The notes: a model not told the origin generated them from the sequence alone. Shown: positions 17,631 through 27,829, numbered from the stretch's first letter. The stretch: DNA of 50,537 nt from a virus (IMGVR_UViG_3300017971_000360:1-50537), one strand, 5' to 3'. Made by a program: numbers and translations.

Positions 17631-19253
17631 ATGAAAGAGCTCTCGTGGGAATATCTGACTGGTCATGTGATTGACGTCCTCAAAAAATTACCGAGGAAAT
17701 CAGTTCATTGTGTAGTGACGTCACCACCATATTTTGGATTGAGGGACTACGGCATACAACCAGTCATATGGGGTGGCAAAAAGGGTTGCCGGCACAAATG
17801 GGGAGAGGACATCATTAAGGAAAAGAGTGGTGGGACCAACGACACAGCTGGTTACAAGGTAGGAAACAACATCGATGACAAGATTCATTTCAAGAACAAA
17901 TCAAATTTCTGTAAGAAATGTGGAGCATGGAAGGGACAGCTCGGGCTTGAGCCGACACTTGATATGTTTGTCCAGAACTTAGTTGAAATATTCAGAGAGG
18001 TCAGAGAAGTCCTAAGAGATGACGGAGTGGCTTGGATCAACATGGGAGACAGCTATGTTACAAACCCGGCAGGCAACAAGGTCCCATCAGGATTGCAACA
18101 GACAGGAAGCGGTGGCAAAGCTGGCGCCTATGTGCAACACTGGGCCTCAGATAATTATGGTCAAGAGAAGGACTACGGCAATCTAAAGCAGATGGACTTG
18201 ATGATGATACCAGCTCGAATGGCAATCGCCCTCCAGGATGATGGTTGGTATGTCCGTTCAGATGTGATATGGTCGAAACCGAATCCAATGCCTGAAAGCG
18301 TGAACGGGTGGAGATGGGTGAGACACAAGATAAAGATCAAGTCTGGATATGACGAGGATAATCCACACCCGAGCAAGACAACGAAAGATGGTAAGACAAA
18401 GAGCAGGATGAAAAACTCTGGCGGAGTATTTGAGGCACAGGCCGTATGGGAGGATTGCCCAGGTTGCGAGAAATGCCAAGACAATGACGGACACATTCTA
18501 AGAAAAGGATCGTGGAGACCAACGAAGGCCCATGAATACATTTTCATGCTGACAAAGAACGATGAGTATTTTGGTAATGCCGAGGCGGTCAGAGAGCCAC
18601 TCAAGCAAGAAAGCAAAGAAAGGGCTATGCGTGGCAGTTCAAAGGACAACAAATATGCAGCAGGTACAGAAAGACCACCCGGGGTCCATGCTAATTCAAT
18701 GAGTCAGCCAAGAGAATATCTCGGTTATGATGAAATGGAAGAAATAATTGCCAGAGGAGAAACATCGTTGAATCCAGCTGGCAGAAACAAGAGGTCTGTT
18801 TGGTCAATGGTAGCCAAGGGATTTCCAGGAGCTCATTTTGCAACATTCCCAGAGGAGTTGCCGAGATATTGCATATTGGCATCGACATCTCATAGGGCAT
18901 GTCCACAATGTAGGGCGCCGTGGGCCCCCCTCATAAATTACAAATCAAATTACACTCAGAGAGAGGAAAGTCACAATCCGGGCGATGAACATGGAAAGGT
19001 AGACTCAACTGGATGGGAAGAACCAACAAACGAGCTCGTTGGATATATGCCCACATGCGATTGTGAGAACAACGATGGTTCTGGTGTATGCACGGTGCTA
19101 GATCCATTCGCAGGTTCTTTCACAACCGGAAAGGTTGCTCGGGAGCTCGGTAGGTCTGCGATCGGTATTGATATCAGCAAAGAATACAAGAAAATTGCAG
19201 AAAAAAGAGCTAGATTGAACGAAAAAGCATTATTTTCTTATGATGAGGAGTGA
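17631..19253 (+). CDS. Beta-class N4-cytosine/N6-adenine DNA methyltransferase with Cys-rich insertions
   Basis: VVTSPPY (motif IV), WSKPNPMPES, HFATFP, VLDPFAGS (motif I). Confidence 0.9.
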   Translation: MKELSWEYLTGHVIDVLKKLPRKSVHCVVTSPPYFGLRDYGIQPVIWGGKKGCRHKWGEDIIKEKSGGTNDTAGYKVGNNIDDKIHFKNKSNFCKKCGAWKGQLGLEPTLDMFVQNLVEIFREVREVLRDDGVAWINMGDSYVTNPAGNKVPSGLQQTGSGGKAGAYVQHWASDNYGQEKDYGNLKQMDLMMIPARMAIALQDDGWYVRSDVIWSKPNPMPESVNGWRWVRHKIKIKSGYDEDNPHPSKTTKDGKTKSRMKNSGGVFEAQAVWEDCPGCEKCQDNDGHILRKGSWRPTKAHEYIFMLTKNDEYFGNAEAVREPLKQESKERAMRGSSKDNKYAAGTERPPGVHANSMSQPREYLGYDEMEEIIARGETSLNPAGRNKRSVWSMVAKGFPGAHFATFPEELPRYCILASTSHRACPQCRAPWAPLINYKSNYTQREESHNPGDEHGKVDSTGWEEPTNELVGYMPTCDCENNDGSGVCTVLDPFAGSFTTGKVARELGRSAIGIDISKEYKKIAEKRARLNEKALFSYDEE

Positions 19254-19255
19254 AC

Positions 19256-19342
19256 ATGAGTTGTCCTGAATGTGGTCATAGAATGATAGGCCGAGGAACA
19301 CATGATGAATGTGAAGGTTGCGGATACTGTGATGTTGAATGA
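19256..19342 (+). CDS. Zn-ribbon micro-protein (28 aa, CPEC...CEGC)
   Basis: GGAGTGA RBS; ATGA overlap with the C5 MTase. Confidence 0.6.
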   Translation: MSCPECGHRMIGRGTHDECEGCGYCDVE

Positions 19343-20283
19343 AATTCATAGACCTATTTGCAGGCATAGGCGGATTCCGAGTCGGACTCGAGCAATCGGG
19401 TCATCAATGCGTGTGGAGCTGTGAGAATGACAAGTTCGCAAGACGAGTCTATAGATACCATTGGGAAGAACCAGCAGGTGACATTACACAGATTCGGACG
19501 AGTGACATCCCAGACCACGACATTCTCTGTGGAGGATTTCCTTGCCAAGATTTCTCGATTGCCGGCAAAAGGAAAGGTATTGAGGGCACCAGGGGAACTC
19601 TGTTCTATGAAATTGCTCGTATCCTCGACGATAAAAGACCATCATATCTATTCCTTGAAAATGTTAAAGGACTCCTATCAAGCAGAGGAGGGTGGGACTT
19701 TGCAATCATTTTGTCTGTATTGGATGAACTTGGGTATGACCTCCAATGGCAAGTGCTTAACTCTAAATATTTCGGAGTCCCACAAAGCAGACCTAGGGTG
19801 TTCATTATTGGACATCTTAGAGGAAAACCCAGACCAGAAGTATTTCCTTTCAGAGAAGATGGTCAAGTATATATTGACAAGGATGCAACAAGAGGTCGAT
19901 CAGAACAAGCCCTCATTAGTAGAACTATAAAAACAAGGACCAGGGCAAGCGATACATTTCTTGTTCAGAAATTATATGGTGGTTATAACGAGGAGGCCGT
20001 AAGGCAATTCAGAGACATAGCACCGACACTGACTACGCCAACTGGTGGTGGCCTATTACCCCATGTTGTTAATAAACTTGAGGATGGTTACTCAATCAGA
20101 CAATTCACACCTATTGAATGTGAGAGGATGCAAGGCTTTTCTGACAATTGGACAAAGTGGGGAATTGATGAAAAAGGAAAGAAAGTAATCATCTCTGATC
20201 GTCAAAGGAGAAAAATGTGCGGAAACGCAGTAACTACTACAGTAGTTAGGGATGTAGGGCGGAAAGCATTCGGAGAGGCATAG
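19339..20283 (+). CDS. dcm: C5-cytosine DNA methyltransferase
   Basis: LFAGIGG, GGFPCQ, LENV, QSRPR, ECERMQGF, GNAV. Confidence 0.93.
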   Translation: MKFIDLFAGIGGFRVGLEQSGHQCVWSCENDKFARRVYRYHWEEPAGDITQIRTSDIPDHDILCGGFPCQDFSIAGKRKGIEGTRGTLFYEIARILDDKRPSYLFLENVKGLLSSRGGWDFAIILSVLDELGYDLQWQVLNSKYFGVPQSRPRVFIIGHLRGKPRPEVFPFREDGQVYIDKDATRGRSEQALISRTIKTRTRASDTFLVQKLYGGYNEEAVRQFRDIAPTLTTPTGGGLLPHVVNKLEDGYSIRQFTPIECERMQGFSDNWTKWGIDEKGKKVIISDRQRRKMCGNAVTTTVVRDVGRKAFGEA

Positions 20284-20373
20284 AGGGGCATTGCAGGTCT
20301 ATTATCTCTACCCCGTCCCTAGGCCTAATACCTCTGAGAAAAACAGGGGCTTAAAACGGCCTTAAAACGCTTT

Positions 20374-21438
20374 TTACGAGAATGCAGGTGAAGTGTCGAG
20401 ATTTAGCAACTTCGTTAGTGTGTCACTTATTATGTCTGTCGGGGCCGTGACAGTGCCGAATATTTGATAGCTACTTGAACTTGCCTCGATTGAGAGAGAA
20501 CGGAGTAGATACTTGTCATTGAATCCATATGGGGCGTCCGGAAGTGAAACAACAGTCTGATTCGGAACAGCATCTATGAGTTTCTGAGAGTTGAGTAGCA
20601 ATCCAACCTGGTCCTGCAACTCAGAGAGAACGCTTGCTCGAGCAACCTCAAATGACTCTGCATTGTTCTTGATTGTGTTGTCTGAAATAGGCTTGTCTTC
20701 CTGGATGCCATCTACCAAGACCCTCTGCGCATTCTGATATACACCATAAGCACCATCCTTTCCATAAACTCGTTGCTTATTCTTGCTAAATCTGTCAGAT
20801 GACTGTGGGTCCAACTCAATGATCGTGCTACCCCAAAACAACTCAATCCATTCATCTGCAGTCTGTGGATTTGGTATCTTACGGAAGTAGATGGCCTCTC
20901 CATGCTGGAACAGTGTGTATCTGCCTATGTGTAATGGGTCTGCTGGATCAGTTGCAAGGTCTCTGAGCTCTTTCATCAACTCATATTTTGCTATGCCGTT
21001 CTCAAAGAGAAAATCGTCTGGCACACGAACAACTGGATTGGTCTTTTCTGTGTAGATTGGAATGCTTGCCAACTTTGAGATTGTGTTCTTGACCTGTGTG
21101 ATGGCATTCGAAATCTCAAGACCCTGCAGGTTGTTGTAATCGTTAATGGTTTCGAAATCCTTAACACCTGCATTCAGTAGACCATACAGCTCCATATTGC
21201 CATCGATGATTCCGGTTTCATCATCTTGATAGCCAATGAAGTTCGGATAGTTCGGGACATCATCTATACCGACATATACCTTGATAATGTCCTTTTTCGA
21301 TATCCTGTAACGGCTTGTTGAGGCCTTTGGGAATGTCAGAGAACACATCGGTATGTCGCCAGTTTTCTCTATTTTTATATCGGTTGGGTCCTCGAAACCA
21401 CTATCATTGACTGTTACTTCTGCTTTCAGGTCTGACAT
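20374..21438 (-). CDS. Tail tip / baseplate hub-like protein
   Basis: Last gene of the late operon; size and position typical of hub proteins; no motif match. Confidence 0.55.
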   Translation of the reverse strand: MSDLKAEVTVNDSGFEDPTDIKIEKTGDIPMCSLTFPKASTSRYRISKKDIIKVYVGIDDVPNYPNFIGYQDDETGIIDGNMELYGLLNAGVKDFETINDYNNLQGLEISNAITQVKNTISKLASIPIYTEKTNPVVRVPDDFLFENGIAKYELMKELRDLATDPADPLHIGRYTLFQHGEAIYFRKIPNPQTADEWIELFWGSTIIELDPQSSDRFSKNKQRVYGKDGAYGVYQNAQRVLVDGIQEDKPISDNTIKNNAESFEVARASVLSELQDQVGLLLNSQKLIDAVPNQTVVSLPDAPYGFNDKYLLRSLSIEASSSSYQIFGTVTAPTDIISDTLTKLLNLDTSPAFS

Positions 21439-21439
21439 C

Positions 21440-23809
21440 TTACACCTTGGTCCGGACCTTCACAACCATCGGGAATGACCACTGTAGCATGTTATCATAA
21501 CTCTGCGTGTATTGTGGTTCTCCATCGATGTAACCATCATAGAGGGTATCGCCGGACTCGTCCCTCTCGGTCTTTATCCGTATTCTAATGTAGCTATCAT
21601 TTATCCACGCATTTCGAATCAGGTCCATGTCAGTCTCCATATGTGGAAAGTGAGACGTTCCAGTGACAATGATTCTCTCCTCTCTCCTTGCAAGCCTAGT
21701 CCTGATTTCAGAACCCTCTGAACCTATTGGGACGGCATCTTGTTTGTCAAGACCAAGGGAGTGGGGGACTTCTTGAATACGGGTGTCTGCACTGAATTCC
21801 AATTCAAGTGGGGCCAATTTGTAAAGCTCATATGAAATGAAATCTTCAGCCGTCAGTGCTGATGTGGTTGTAACTCTAAGTCTGAAACGGTGTCTCGTAA
21901 GAAATGTCCCGACACCATAACCAGTTGTCAGAAAATCATAGAATGGATCGGCACCGTTGTCGACATATCCCTTGTGGGCATAGCCACCGGGCAAGAATAC
22001 GGATATCGGAGTCGACACATATACAACGGTGTAATCTGGGCCTGATTGATAAACAGCACTTACTATGGTGTATGTACCATCATTTCCCGGACTGTCTATT
22101 ACGGTCAATGTCCCAGATCCAAATACTGCTGTAACATCGCCGTGGATGATGAACCAATCATTCGGGCTGCCGTTAACTGCGTTCTCTATAGGGAATTCGT
22201 TTCTGAACTCGTATTTGCTGATGGTCACATTCGAACCCTTTGGCTGTGACATAATGCCGTTGACATATATCCGTGAACCCTGTATCTCCAATCTGGCTCC
22301 AGAAATTATCTTGGCAAGCGGTGTCGTATCATTGACTGTAATAGTGTTCGCTGCTGCCTTGAGTGATGACCAAAAGCCAAGTTCATCCTCAACACGAACA
22401 TCTGGCCTCCAAGCAACGGAGTTCGACCAATCAGTATAGATGTGATTGACAACCTGCGTGGTGGCAGCAACCTCGAACTCATACCATGATTCAGAGCCGT
22501 CCTTCCAATCAACGAAAACCCTCTTTATCGGTTGAGGGGCCACAACGGTAAGTGAGACCTGAGTGCCTACATTCTGAGCTCCTGATGGTGATAGGGTCGA
22601 TGATGTTATTGTCGGCTTTGTGAATGAGACCGGGGATGACAAAAGAGATTGGTCTTCGTGATTGTCCAAGTCCTCTGCTGTTAGCTTGTAATAATATGTC
22701 GAACCATCACTGAGGGTGTCAACATCTACATATTCTGCTAATGCGGAGTCAACAGAAGTAATGAGGCCATGCAGTATGCTTCCATCAACAGTTGAATCTG
22801 GGATATCACCAACGATTCCGATAGTTGTGGACCCACCACCAAAGGATGAGGAGGCGACTTCATATCTCCCATCATTTCCAGTGCTGTTAACAACTCTGAA
22901 TGTGCTACCAACTGGGAAGCTAAGTGTCTCATCACCAGAAATAGTGAATTCATCAGTTGACTGATTAACGCCTGTTATGGCCGATTTATATGTATCAAGA
23001 GAACCGATCGGAGTTGTCGACCGGTATAACTTGTATTGCTGAAAGTCAGGTGCTTCAACAGCTCCCCAAGTCAAAATGGGTTGTTCTGGGTTGTTCTCGT
23101 ATGGGTCAATCCTCAACTTTGCGTTGTCGTCCTTGAATCCTTCTGGCGGATATGACCTGTATCTTACTCTGAGGAGAGGGAGTTTCGTAGTGTCAGATGT
23201 GTATTCCCTAGATCTGAACCGGACTTCAAAAGAATCATCACCGAAATTACCATCAGTGGATATGAACAAGACAAAGGTTTTCTTCTCTCCCATACTGATG
23301 GCACGGGTGATTTTCCACTTATACCACATGTTGATGCCACCAGACTGTATCCTCTCGACATCGATCTGCGGTTCTTCGATATTTCCAGTTGATGAATTTA
23401 GGGCGCCATCTCCACGGTCCCAAGCAACTCCGTCTTTGGCCTCCTCCCAGTCAGCACCATTTCCACCATCGTACTCGTCCCAATCATCCTCGATTTCAAC
23501 GAGTGAGACCACCTTCCAAGGGTCGTCAACATATGTGATTGAGTAGGCATAGAGCTCAATCCATATATCTATGACGTCATCGAAACCAACAATGTCTTCA
23601 TCATTCGGCATGGTCACTTCGAGAACTGTACGAAGCTCTTTATTCGGTGTTGGGAATGTGTTGTCATCAAATTCAACAATCAAGAACTGATTCAAACCAT
23701 AATTGGTTGTCGGATTGTTCTCATCAATGAATGTGTCTTTTGATATGCCTGCCCCATCACTATCGAAGTCTTGATATTCTGCATCAATCTCTGAGTATGG
23801 CTTAACCAT
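21440..23809 (-). CDS. Multidomain tail protein (DNRLRE-like, FN3-like, PKD-like modules)
   Basis: DTFIDENNPTTNYG; LTW...YKLYRS...YYYKLTA; VDWKDGS...VNHIY; follows tape measure. Confidence 0.7.
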   Translation of the reverse strand: MVKPYSEIDAEYQDFDSDGAGISKDTFIDENNPTTNYGLNQFLIVEFDDNTFPTPNKELRTVLEVTMPNDEDIVGFDDVIDIWIELYAYSITYVDDPWKVVSLVEIEDDWDEYDGGNGADWEEAKDGVAWDRGDGALNSSTGNIEEPQIDVERIQSGGINMWYKWKITRAISMGEKKTFVLFISTDGNFGDDSFEVRFRSREYTSDTTKLPLLRVRYRSYPPEGFKDDNAKLRIDPYENNPEQPILTWGAVEAPDFQQYKLYRSTTPIGSLDTYKSAITGVNQSTDEFTISGDETLSFPVGSTFRVVNSTGNDGRYEVASSSFGGGSTTIGIVGDIPDSTVDGSILHGLITSVDSALAEYVDVDTLSDGSTYYYKLTAEDLDNHEDQSLLSSPVSFTKPTITSSTLSPSGAQNVGTQVSLTVVAPQPIKRVFVDWKDGSESWYEFEVAATTQVVNHIYTDWSNSVAWRPDVRVEDELGFWSSLKAAANTITVNDTTPLAKIISGARLEIQGSRIYVNGIMSQPKGSNVTISKYEFRNEFPIENAVNGSPNDWFIIHGDVTAVFGSGTLTVIDSPGNDGTYTIVSAVYQSGPDYTVVYVSTPISVFLPGGYAHKGYVDNGADPFYDFLTTGYGVGTFLTRHRFRLRVTTTSALTAEDFISYELYKLAPLELEFSADTRIQEVPHSLGLDKQDAVPIGSEGSEIRTRLARREERIIVTGTSHFPHMETDMDLIRNAWINDSYIRIRIKTERDESGDTLYDGYIDGEPQYTQSYDNMLQWSFPMVVKVRTKV

Positions 23810-24980
23810 TGTTCACCACCACCCTCTGTGTGGTCTTCTTTCCTTGACCCATGTTCCTTGCCCTCTGGTAATCCCTTGCAAGCCTCTGTCCCTCTGTTGG
23901 TGTGTATCTTGTTCCTTTGTGCAAGTGAATATGAATCTCCTCTCCACGTCCGCCGAATCCCATCATCTGAGTCTTGCTATCCCTGACAACTCGTTCCTCG
24001 GTATCCAAAATTGCAAGGCCACCCTCTCGAACTCTTTTCTGCCTTCCTGGAAGCACCTGTGCCTGAGCTATGATTCCTGACAGGGCACCAACTGCGAGAC
24101 CAGTTAATGCCAAGCCTGCTGTCAACATCAGGAAACCTCTGGGACTTCCGACAACGGCTTGCAAGGTTGCCAATGCACCTGCTTGTATGACAGCTGCCGT
24201 AGCCGATAAGAAATGTCTGATTGCTAGGGCAGTAAGAACACCAGCAACGGCCCCTGCTACGATTCTGAACTCTTGTGACTTGCTTGTGAGTGCAGCCATC
24301 CAAAAGAACGCCCCTGCCATAGCAGTCCCCATTAATTTTGCAGTCTGGGCAACCCGGAGTTGAAGTGCCTCGGTAATCTGTAGCAATGCAAGGTAGAACT
24401 GCATTGGTCCCAAGGCAATATTAAGCATGGTCTGGAAATTATTGATCATCTGTGTGGCTTCTTCGCTGTTCTTGACCAACGGTTTCAACGATGAGACCAG
24501 CTGATTTGCCGAGATATTCATAACGAAAAGAGATATTGAGACCTGCATTAATGCCCTACGCTTTCTTTGGAGTGCTGCAAGAACCTCCGCCTCTGACGCC
24601 ATGATTTGCTGATTTGCCATTGCCGTTGCCCGTGCCTCCTCCATAGAGATTTGAATCCCTTGCTCGGCAAACATCTGTTTGAATCGGAGAGCGTCTTGTT
24701 CCTGTTGTAGTCTCTGCTGATTTTGAAACATGAGGTCTTCGTTAAGGTTCATCTCAAATGCAAGATTTGTAACAAGAGCTTGGTCGACCTCCAACTGTGC
24801 CTGCAGAAGCATGTTCTGTTCGGTCAGCTGGGCAATCTGTGTTCTTGTCTGATCGATTGCCTGTTGCTGTGCCTGATTCATTGTGATAACTTGAAAATTC
24901 AACTGTTGGAGAGTTGCACCTAGATTTGAGGCCTGTTCTTGCCCCTGGACTCTTGATATTATGTCGAGCAACGCCGGCAT
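23802..24980 (-). CDS. Tape measure protein (short, 392 aa)
   Basis: Q/A-rich helical N-half, hydrophobic A/G-rich C-half; directly after the chaperone pair. Confidence 0.7.
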   Translation of the reverse strand: MPALLDIISRVQGQEQASNLGATLQQLNFQVITMNQAQQQAIDQTRTQIAQLTEQNMLLQAQLEVDQALVTNLAFEMNLNEDLMFQNQQRLQQEQDALRFKQMFAEQGIQISMEEARATAMANQQIMASEAEVLAALQRKRRALMQVSISLFVMNISANQLVSSLKPLVKNSEEATQMINNFQTMLNIALGPMQFYLALLQITEALQLRVAQTAKLMGTAMAGAFFWMAALTSKSQEFRIVAGAVAGVLTALAIRHFLSATAAVIQAGALATLQAVVGSPRGFLMLTAGLALTGLAVGALSGIIAQAQVLPGRQKRVREGGLAILDTEERVVRDSKTQMMGFGGRGEEIHIHLHKGTRYTPTEGQRLARDYQRARNMGQGKKTTQRVVVNNG

Positions 24981-25205
24981 TTATACCTCGCTTGCAGGTT
25001 CACCTGCATCTATGTAGATGGTGTTACCATCTTTATTGCCCTGCTTTAGTCTTTGTTGCAAGGCCTCGGCAGCACCGAGAAGGGTCCATCCACCAGGGCG
25101 ATCATCTTGAGACTTTATTGGGAACATATCATAGGGGTAAGGTATGTTAGCCCCCATTTGGTTCAGTAACAAGATTAATTGCAATTCTGGGCTGGACCGT
25201 CCTAG
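24981..25205 (-). CDS. Tail assembly chaperone extension (gpT-like), read by -1 frameshift
   Basis: No clear RBS; frame is open up to the slippery site of the upstream gene. Confidence 0.7.
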   Translation of the reverse strand, partial: LGRSSPELQLILLLNQMGANIPYPYDMFPIKSQDDRPGGWTLLGAAEALQQRLKQGNKDGNTIYIDAGEPASEV

Positions 25206-25603
25206 TTTTTTTCTGTTTCAATCTCATCGCTTGACATCACGATTCCGGATAACTCGAAAGCGAATGTTCTCATCTGGTTATAGAGGGTCGCACCGTGGTT
25301 TCTTATGATATTTTGGAGGGATGTGCCATCCAAGCCATACACGAGTTTCACGATTTCTCTTGCCTGCTTTTTATTGTCGACTCTTGGAACTCCTTTGCCA
25401 TCATAAGATGTGCAATTCTTTTCAATGCCTTCAAGAGTTGGAACATCGGGAATTGTGGCCTCGGCAGCAACTCTTGATCGGCCTTCCTTTGTCCAATATT
25501 CAAAGACCTTGTTGATCGTCCCAATAGTTTCTGTATCTTGGAATTCCTTGTCTTTCAAGTTCGGTATCTGTTCTGTCTCACTTTTCTTTTCTTCTTCTTT
25601 CAT
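25202..25603 (-). CDS. Tail assembly chaperone (gpG-like)
   Basis: Between major tail and tape measure genes; ends at the slippery site. Confidence 0.75.
   Translation of the reverse strand: MKEEEKKSETEQIPNLKDKEFQDTETIGTINKVFEYWTKEGRSRVAAEATIPDVPTLEGIEKNCTSYDGKGVPRVDNKKQAREIVKLVYGLDGTSLQNIIRNHGATLYNQMRTFAFELSGIVMSSDEIETEKN
25205..25211 (-). promoter_or_regulatory. -1 ribosomal frameshift heptamer A AAA AAC
   Basis: GAA AAA AAC TAG; the -1 frame reads AAA CTA GGA CGG TCC AGC CCA GAA TTG into ORF 24981-25184. Confidence 0.8.
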
Positions 25604-25621
25604 TTATATTTCTCCTTTCTT

Positions 25622-25798
25622 TTATTTGATAGGTGTCGCACTTCGCACATCATCTTTATGGATTACGGACCAGGTATCTCCATTGTCTGTGCTAATCGCT
25701 ACATGATTCTTACCATCTCTCTTGACAATCCCCTCTATTCCAACCGTCCGGTTATAGACGACTTTCATTCTCTTGGGCTTATCAGCGATGGTAGGCAT
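25622..25798 (-). CDS. Small hypothetical protein (58 aa, MPTIADKPKR...)
   Basis: Fills the gap exactly; GGCGA RBS-like; not in ORF track. Confidence 0.6.
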   Translation of the reverse strand: MPTIADKPKRMKVVYNRTVGIEGIVKRDGKNHVAISTDNGDTWSVIHKDDVRSATPIK

Positions 25799-25806
25799 GT
25801 AATCGC

Positions 25807-26736
25807 CTATGCTGGGAAGTCGGGCTGTATCTTGACGTCGTATTCCTCGACATCGAATGTTCCGCCAGCAAAGCCAGCTCCAAGCACGATGCCGTTGGTG
25901 TGTATTCTGCTGAAATACTGCTTGGTTATGTAATATTCGTCAGAATCACCGATAGTGACTTCTTCTGTCCAACTGCGACCAAAGATGTCATCGCCCTTAA
26001 TCTGGAGAACACCACCAGTTGTCAGGCTGTCAAATGTGAACTTCAGTCTCGTGTGGAAGTTGTCTGGGTCCTGAATGTTGTTATCAGGAGTGAATGATCC
26101 TGCTACGGTTGACGGCGGTGACGTGAACATGTCTGTCGGTGTTGGTTCCTCCCAGAATGTAAAGTCTACTTGTCTCCTTGCGAATATGGGAAGTCTGAAT
26201 GTGTTCGGATTTCCATATGTATGTTCAACACGCAATGGTCTTACTCCGATGAAACGCCTGAGAAGCTCTGCTGAAGTCATCTGAAGGTTCTGAACATTCG
26301 GATCGAATGCTACAATAACCTCATAGGCTCGGAAACTCCTATAGCGATTGTAAGCTCTAGATGTTGGATTCCATTTGCCCTTTATGGCTCCTTCAAGCCG
26401 GTTCATTCCGTATTCCCTGTTGAGTTCGAGCTGGGCCGTGATGTCCTCATATGCTTTCACTTTGTCTGGTCCGGTCGACACATCATTGTTCTCTGAGGCC
26501 TGTTGGTCAATGGCATCTGAAACGCCTATCTTTCCAAAGAACCTCTCGAAACCGCCCATGAAAGCCTGGGACTTTTTGTAGTTCCCAGCTACAGTAAGGT
26601 CAGATGACGATTCGCTTGTAATATTTCCATCCTCATCTAAAGTACCCAAGGGCGATATGGTGTCTAACCATCCTTCATTCTGTCCACTGATACATTTTAT
26701 GGCGATAACGCCACCCTGCATTTCCTGTTGGTCCAT
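25807..26736 (-). CDS. Major tail (tube) protein, probably with C-terminal accessory domain
   Basis: Position upstream of chaperones; beta-rich 309 aa. Confidence 0.65.
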   Translation of the reverse strand: MDQQEMQGGVIAIKCISGQNEGWLDTISPLGTLDEDGNITSESSSDLTVAGNYKKSQAFMGGFERFFGKIGVSDAIDQQASENNDVSTGPDKVKAYEDITAQLELNREYGMNRLEGAIKGKWNPTSRAYNRYRSFRAYEVIVAFDPNVQNLQMTSAELLRRFIGVRPLRVEHTYGNPNTFRLPIFARRQVDFTFWEEPTPTDMFTSPPSTVAGSFTPDNNIQDPDNFHTRLKFTFDSLTTGGVLQIKGDDIFGRSWTEEVTIGDSDEYYITKQYFSRIHTNGIVLGAGFAGGTFDVEEYDVKIQPDFPA

Positions 26737-26748
26737 TTTTACACCTAC

Positions 26749-27270
26749 CTATTTTGTTGCTAAGACACTGCTTACTACTTGATCGAGTGGCTGTGTCAGG
26801 TCCACTCCATCCATCATTCGATTAAGCCGATTTATTAATTTCGGCAATGAAATGTCTCGTGCTACCTCGATGAACGGCCTCCCTATGTGATTGCGTGTAC
26901 CATCATGGACATACGCAATGTAATATGGATTTCTATAATCAACAGAGAACCTAATCTCCTTCGCCCTTGTGGTCTTTATCCGTGCTTTGGCACTCCGAAC
27001 TCCTTCATACATCTGGCCAGACAGCCTACCAAGACCATGATCGAACCCATATCTTTGAAATTTGTACTCTGCATAACGGCCACGGTTCTTTGGAATTCTC
27101 GCTCTAGGTCTGCCGGTCTCTATTACCTTGAGTGCTCTTGGAGTAAAGTCGACTCTGAACCACAATTTCATGTTCTTTTCTATCCCCTTGCGAACAATCT
27201 TGTTCCAACTGTTGAGATTTCCAATGGCCTCGGTTAAGCCCTCTGTCTTGACGTCGAGTATCACTCTCAT
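26749..27270 (-). CDS. HK97 gp10-like tail completion protein
   Basis: YYIAYVHDGTRNHIGRPFI motif; basic. Confidence 0.7.
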   Translation of the reverse strand: MRVILDVKTEGLTEAIGNLNSWNKIVRKGIEKNMKLWFRVDFTPRALKVIETGRPRARIPKNRGRYAEYKFQRYGFDHGLGRLSGQMYEGVRSAKARIKTTRAKEIRFSVDYRNPYYIAYVHDGTRNHIGRPFIEVARDISLPKLINRLNRMMDGVDLTQPLDQVVSSVLATK

Positions 27271-27821
27271 GTCTCATCTCTCATGGTAATTTCAAATTGG
27301 CATCTATAGACCTGTTCGACAGCCCATAAATCGCCAATGGCCTGATAGCCACCTTCTATCCAATCAAAGTCTCCGGGTTCATTCCAGTCCATCTTGAATG
27401 TTTCATCATCTGGGTCTGTGAATTTTGTATTCTCTGACATTATGTTATGGATAATCCAATGAATTACTGGCAGAGTATTTTCTGGTTGTTGATAACGATT
27501 CTCCTCATCTGTATTGAATGGCGGATAATAGAACTTGGTACGCTCTTGGGCAAACATCGTTATAAGAATGTCTTCTGACCACACATAGCCAATCTCATTC
27601 TCTGCAATTGGTTCTCCCTTCACCATGCTATTGAATGCAATCCTCTCTACCTTTATTCCTGGAAACTGTTTCCATCTCTGTGGTATTCTCCGGATTATAT
27701 TTTCGTGAGGAATAATCTCTTTGAGTCTGTGGTTTCGAAGGTCATCTGTAAGTATGTTGATTATTAGTCCAACCGTGTCTGGAATTTTTATGGCTTCTTT
27801 CTGAAAATATCTTGGTGCCAT
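27267..27821 (-). CDS. Neck / tail terminator-like protein
   Basis: Gene order only. Confidence 0.5.
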   Translation of the reverse strand: MAPRYFQKEAIKIPDTVGLIINILTDDLRNHRLKEIIPHENIIRRIPQRWKQFPGIKVERIAFNSMVKGEPIAENEIGYVWSEDILITMFAQERTKFYYPPFNTDEENRYQQPENTLPVIHWIIHNIMSENTKFTDPDDETFKMDWNEPGDFDWIEGGYQAIGDLWAVEQVYRCQFEITMRDET

Positions 27822-27829
27822 GGTAACTC

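Noticed and set aside
18303-18515. Intein in the MTase (also considered for TerL)
   Set aside because: No N-terminal Cys/Ser plus C-terminal His-Asn splice motifs
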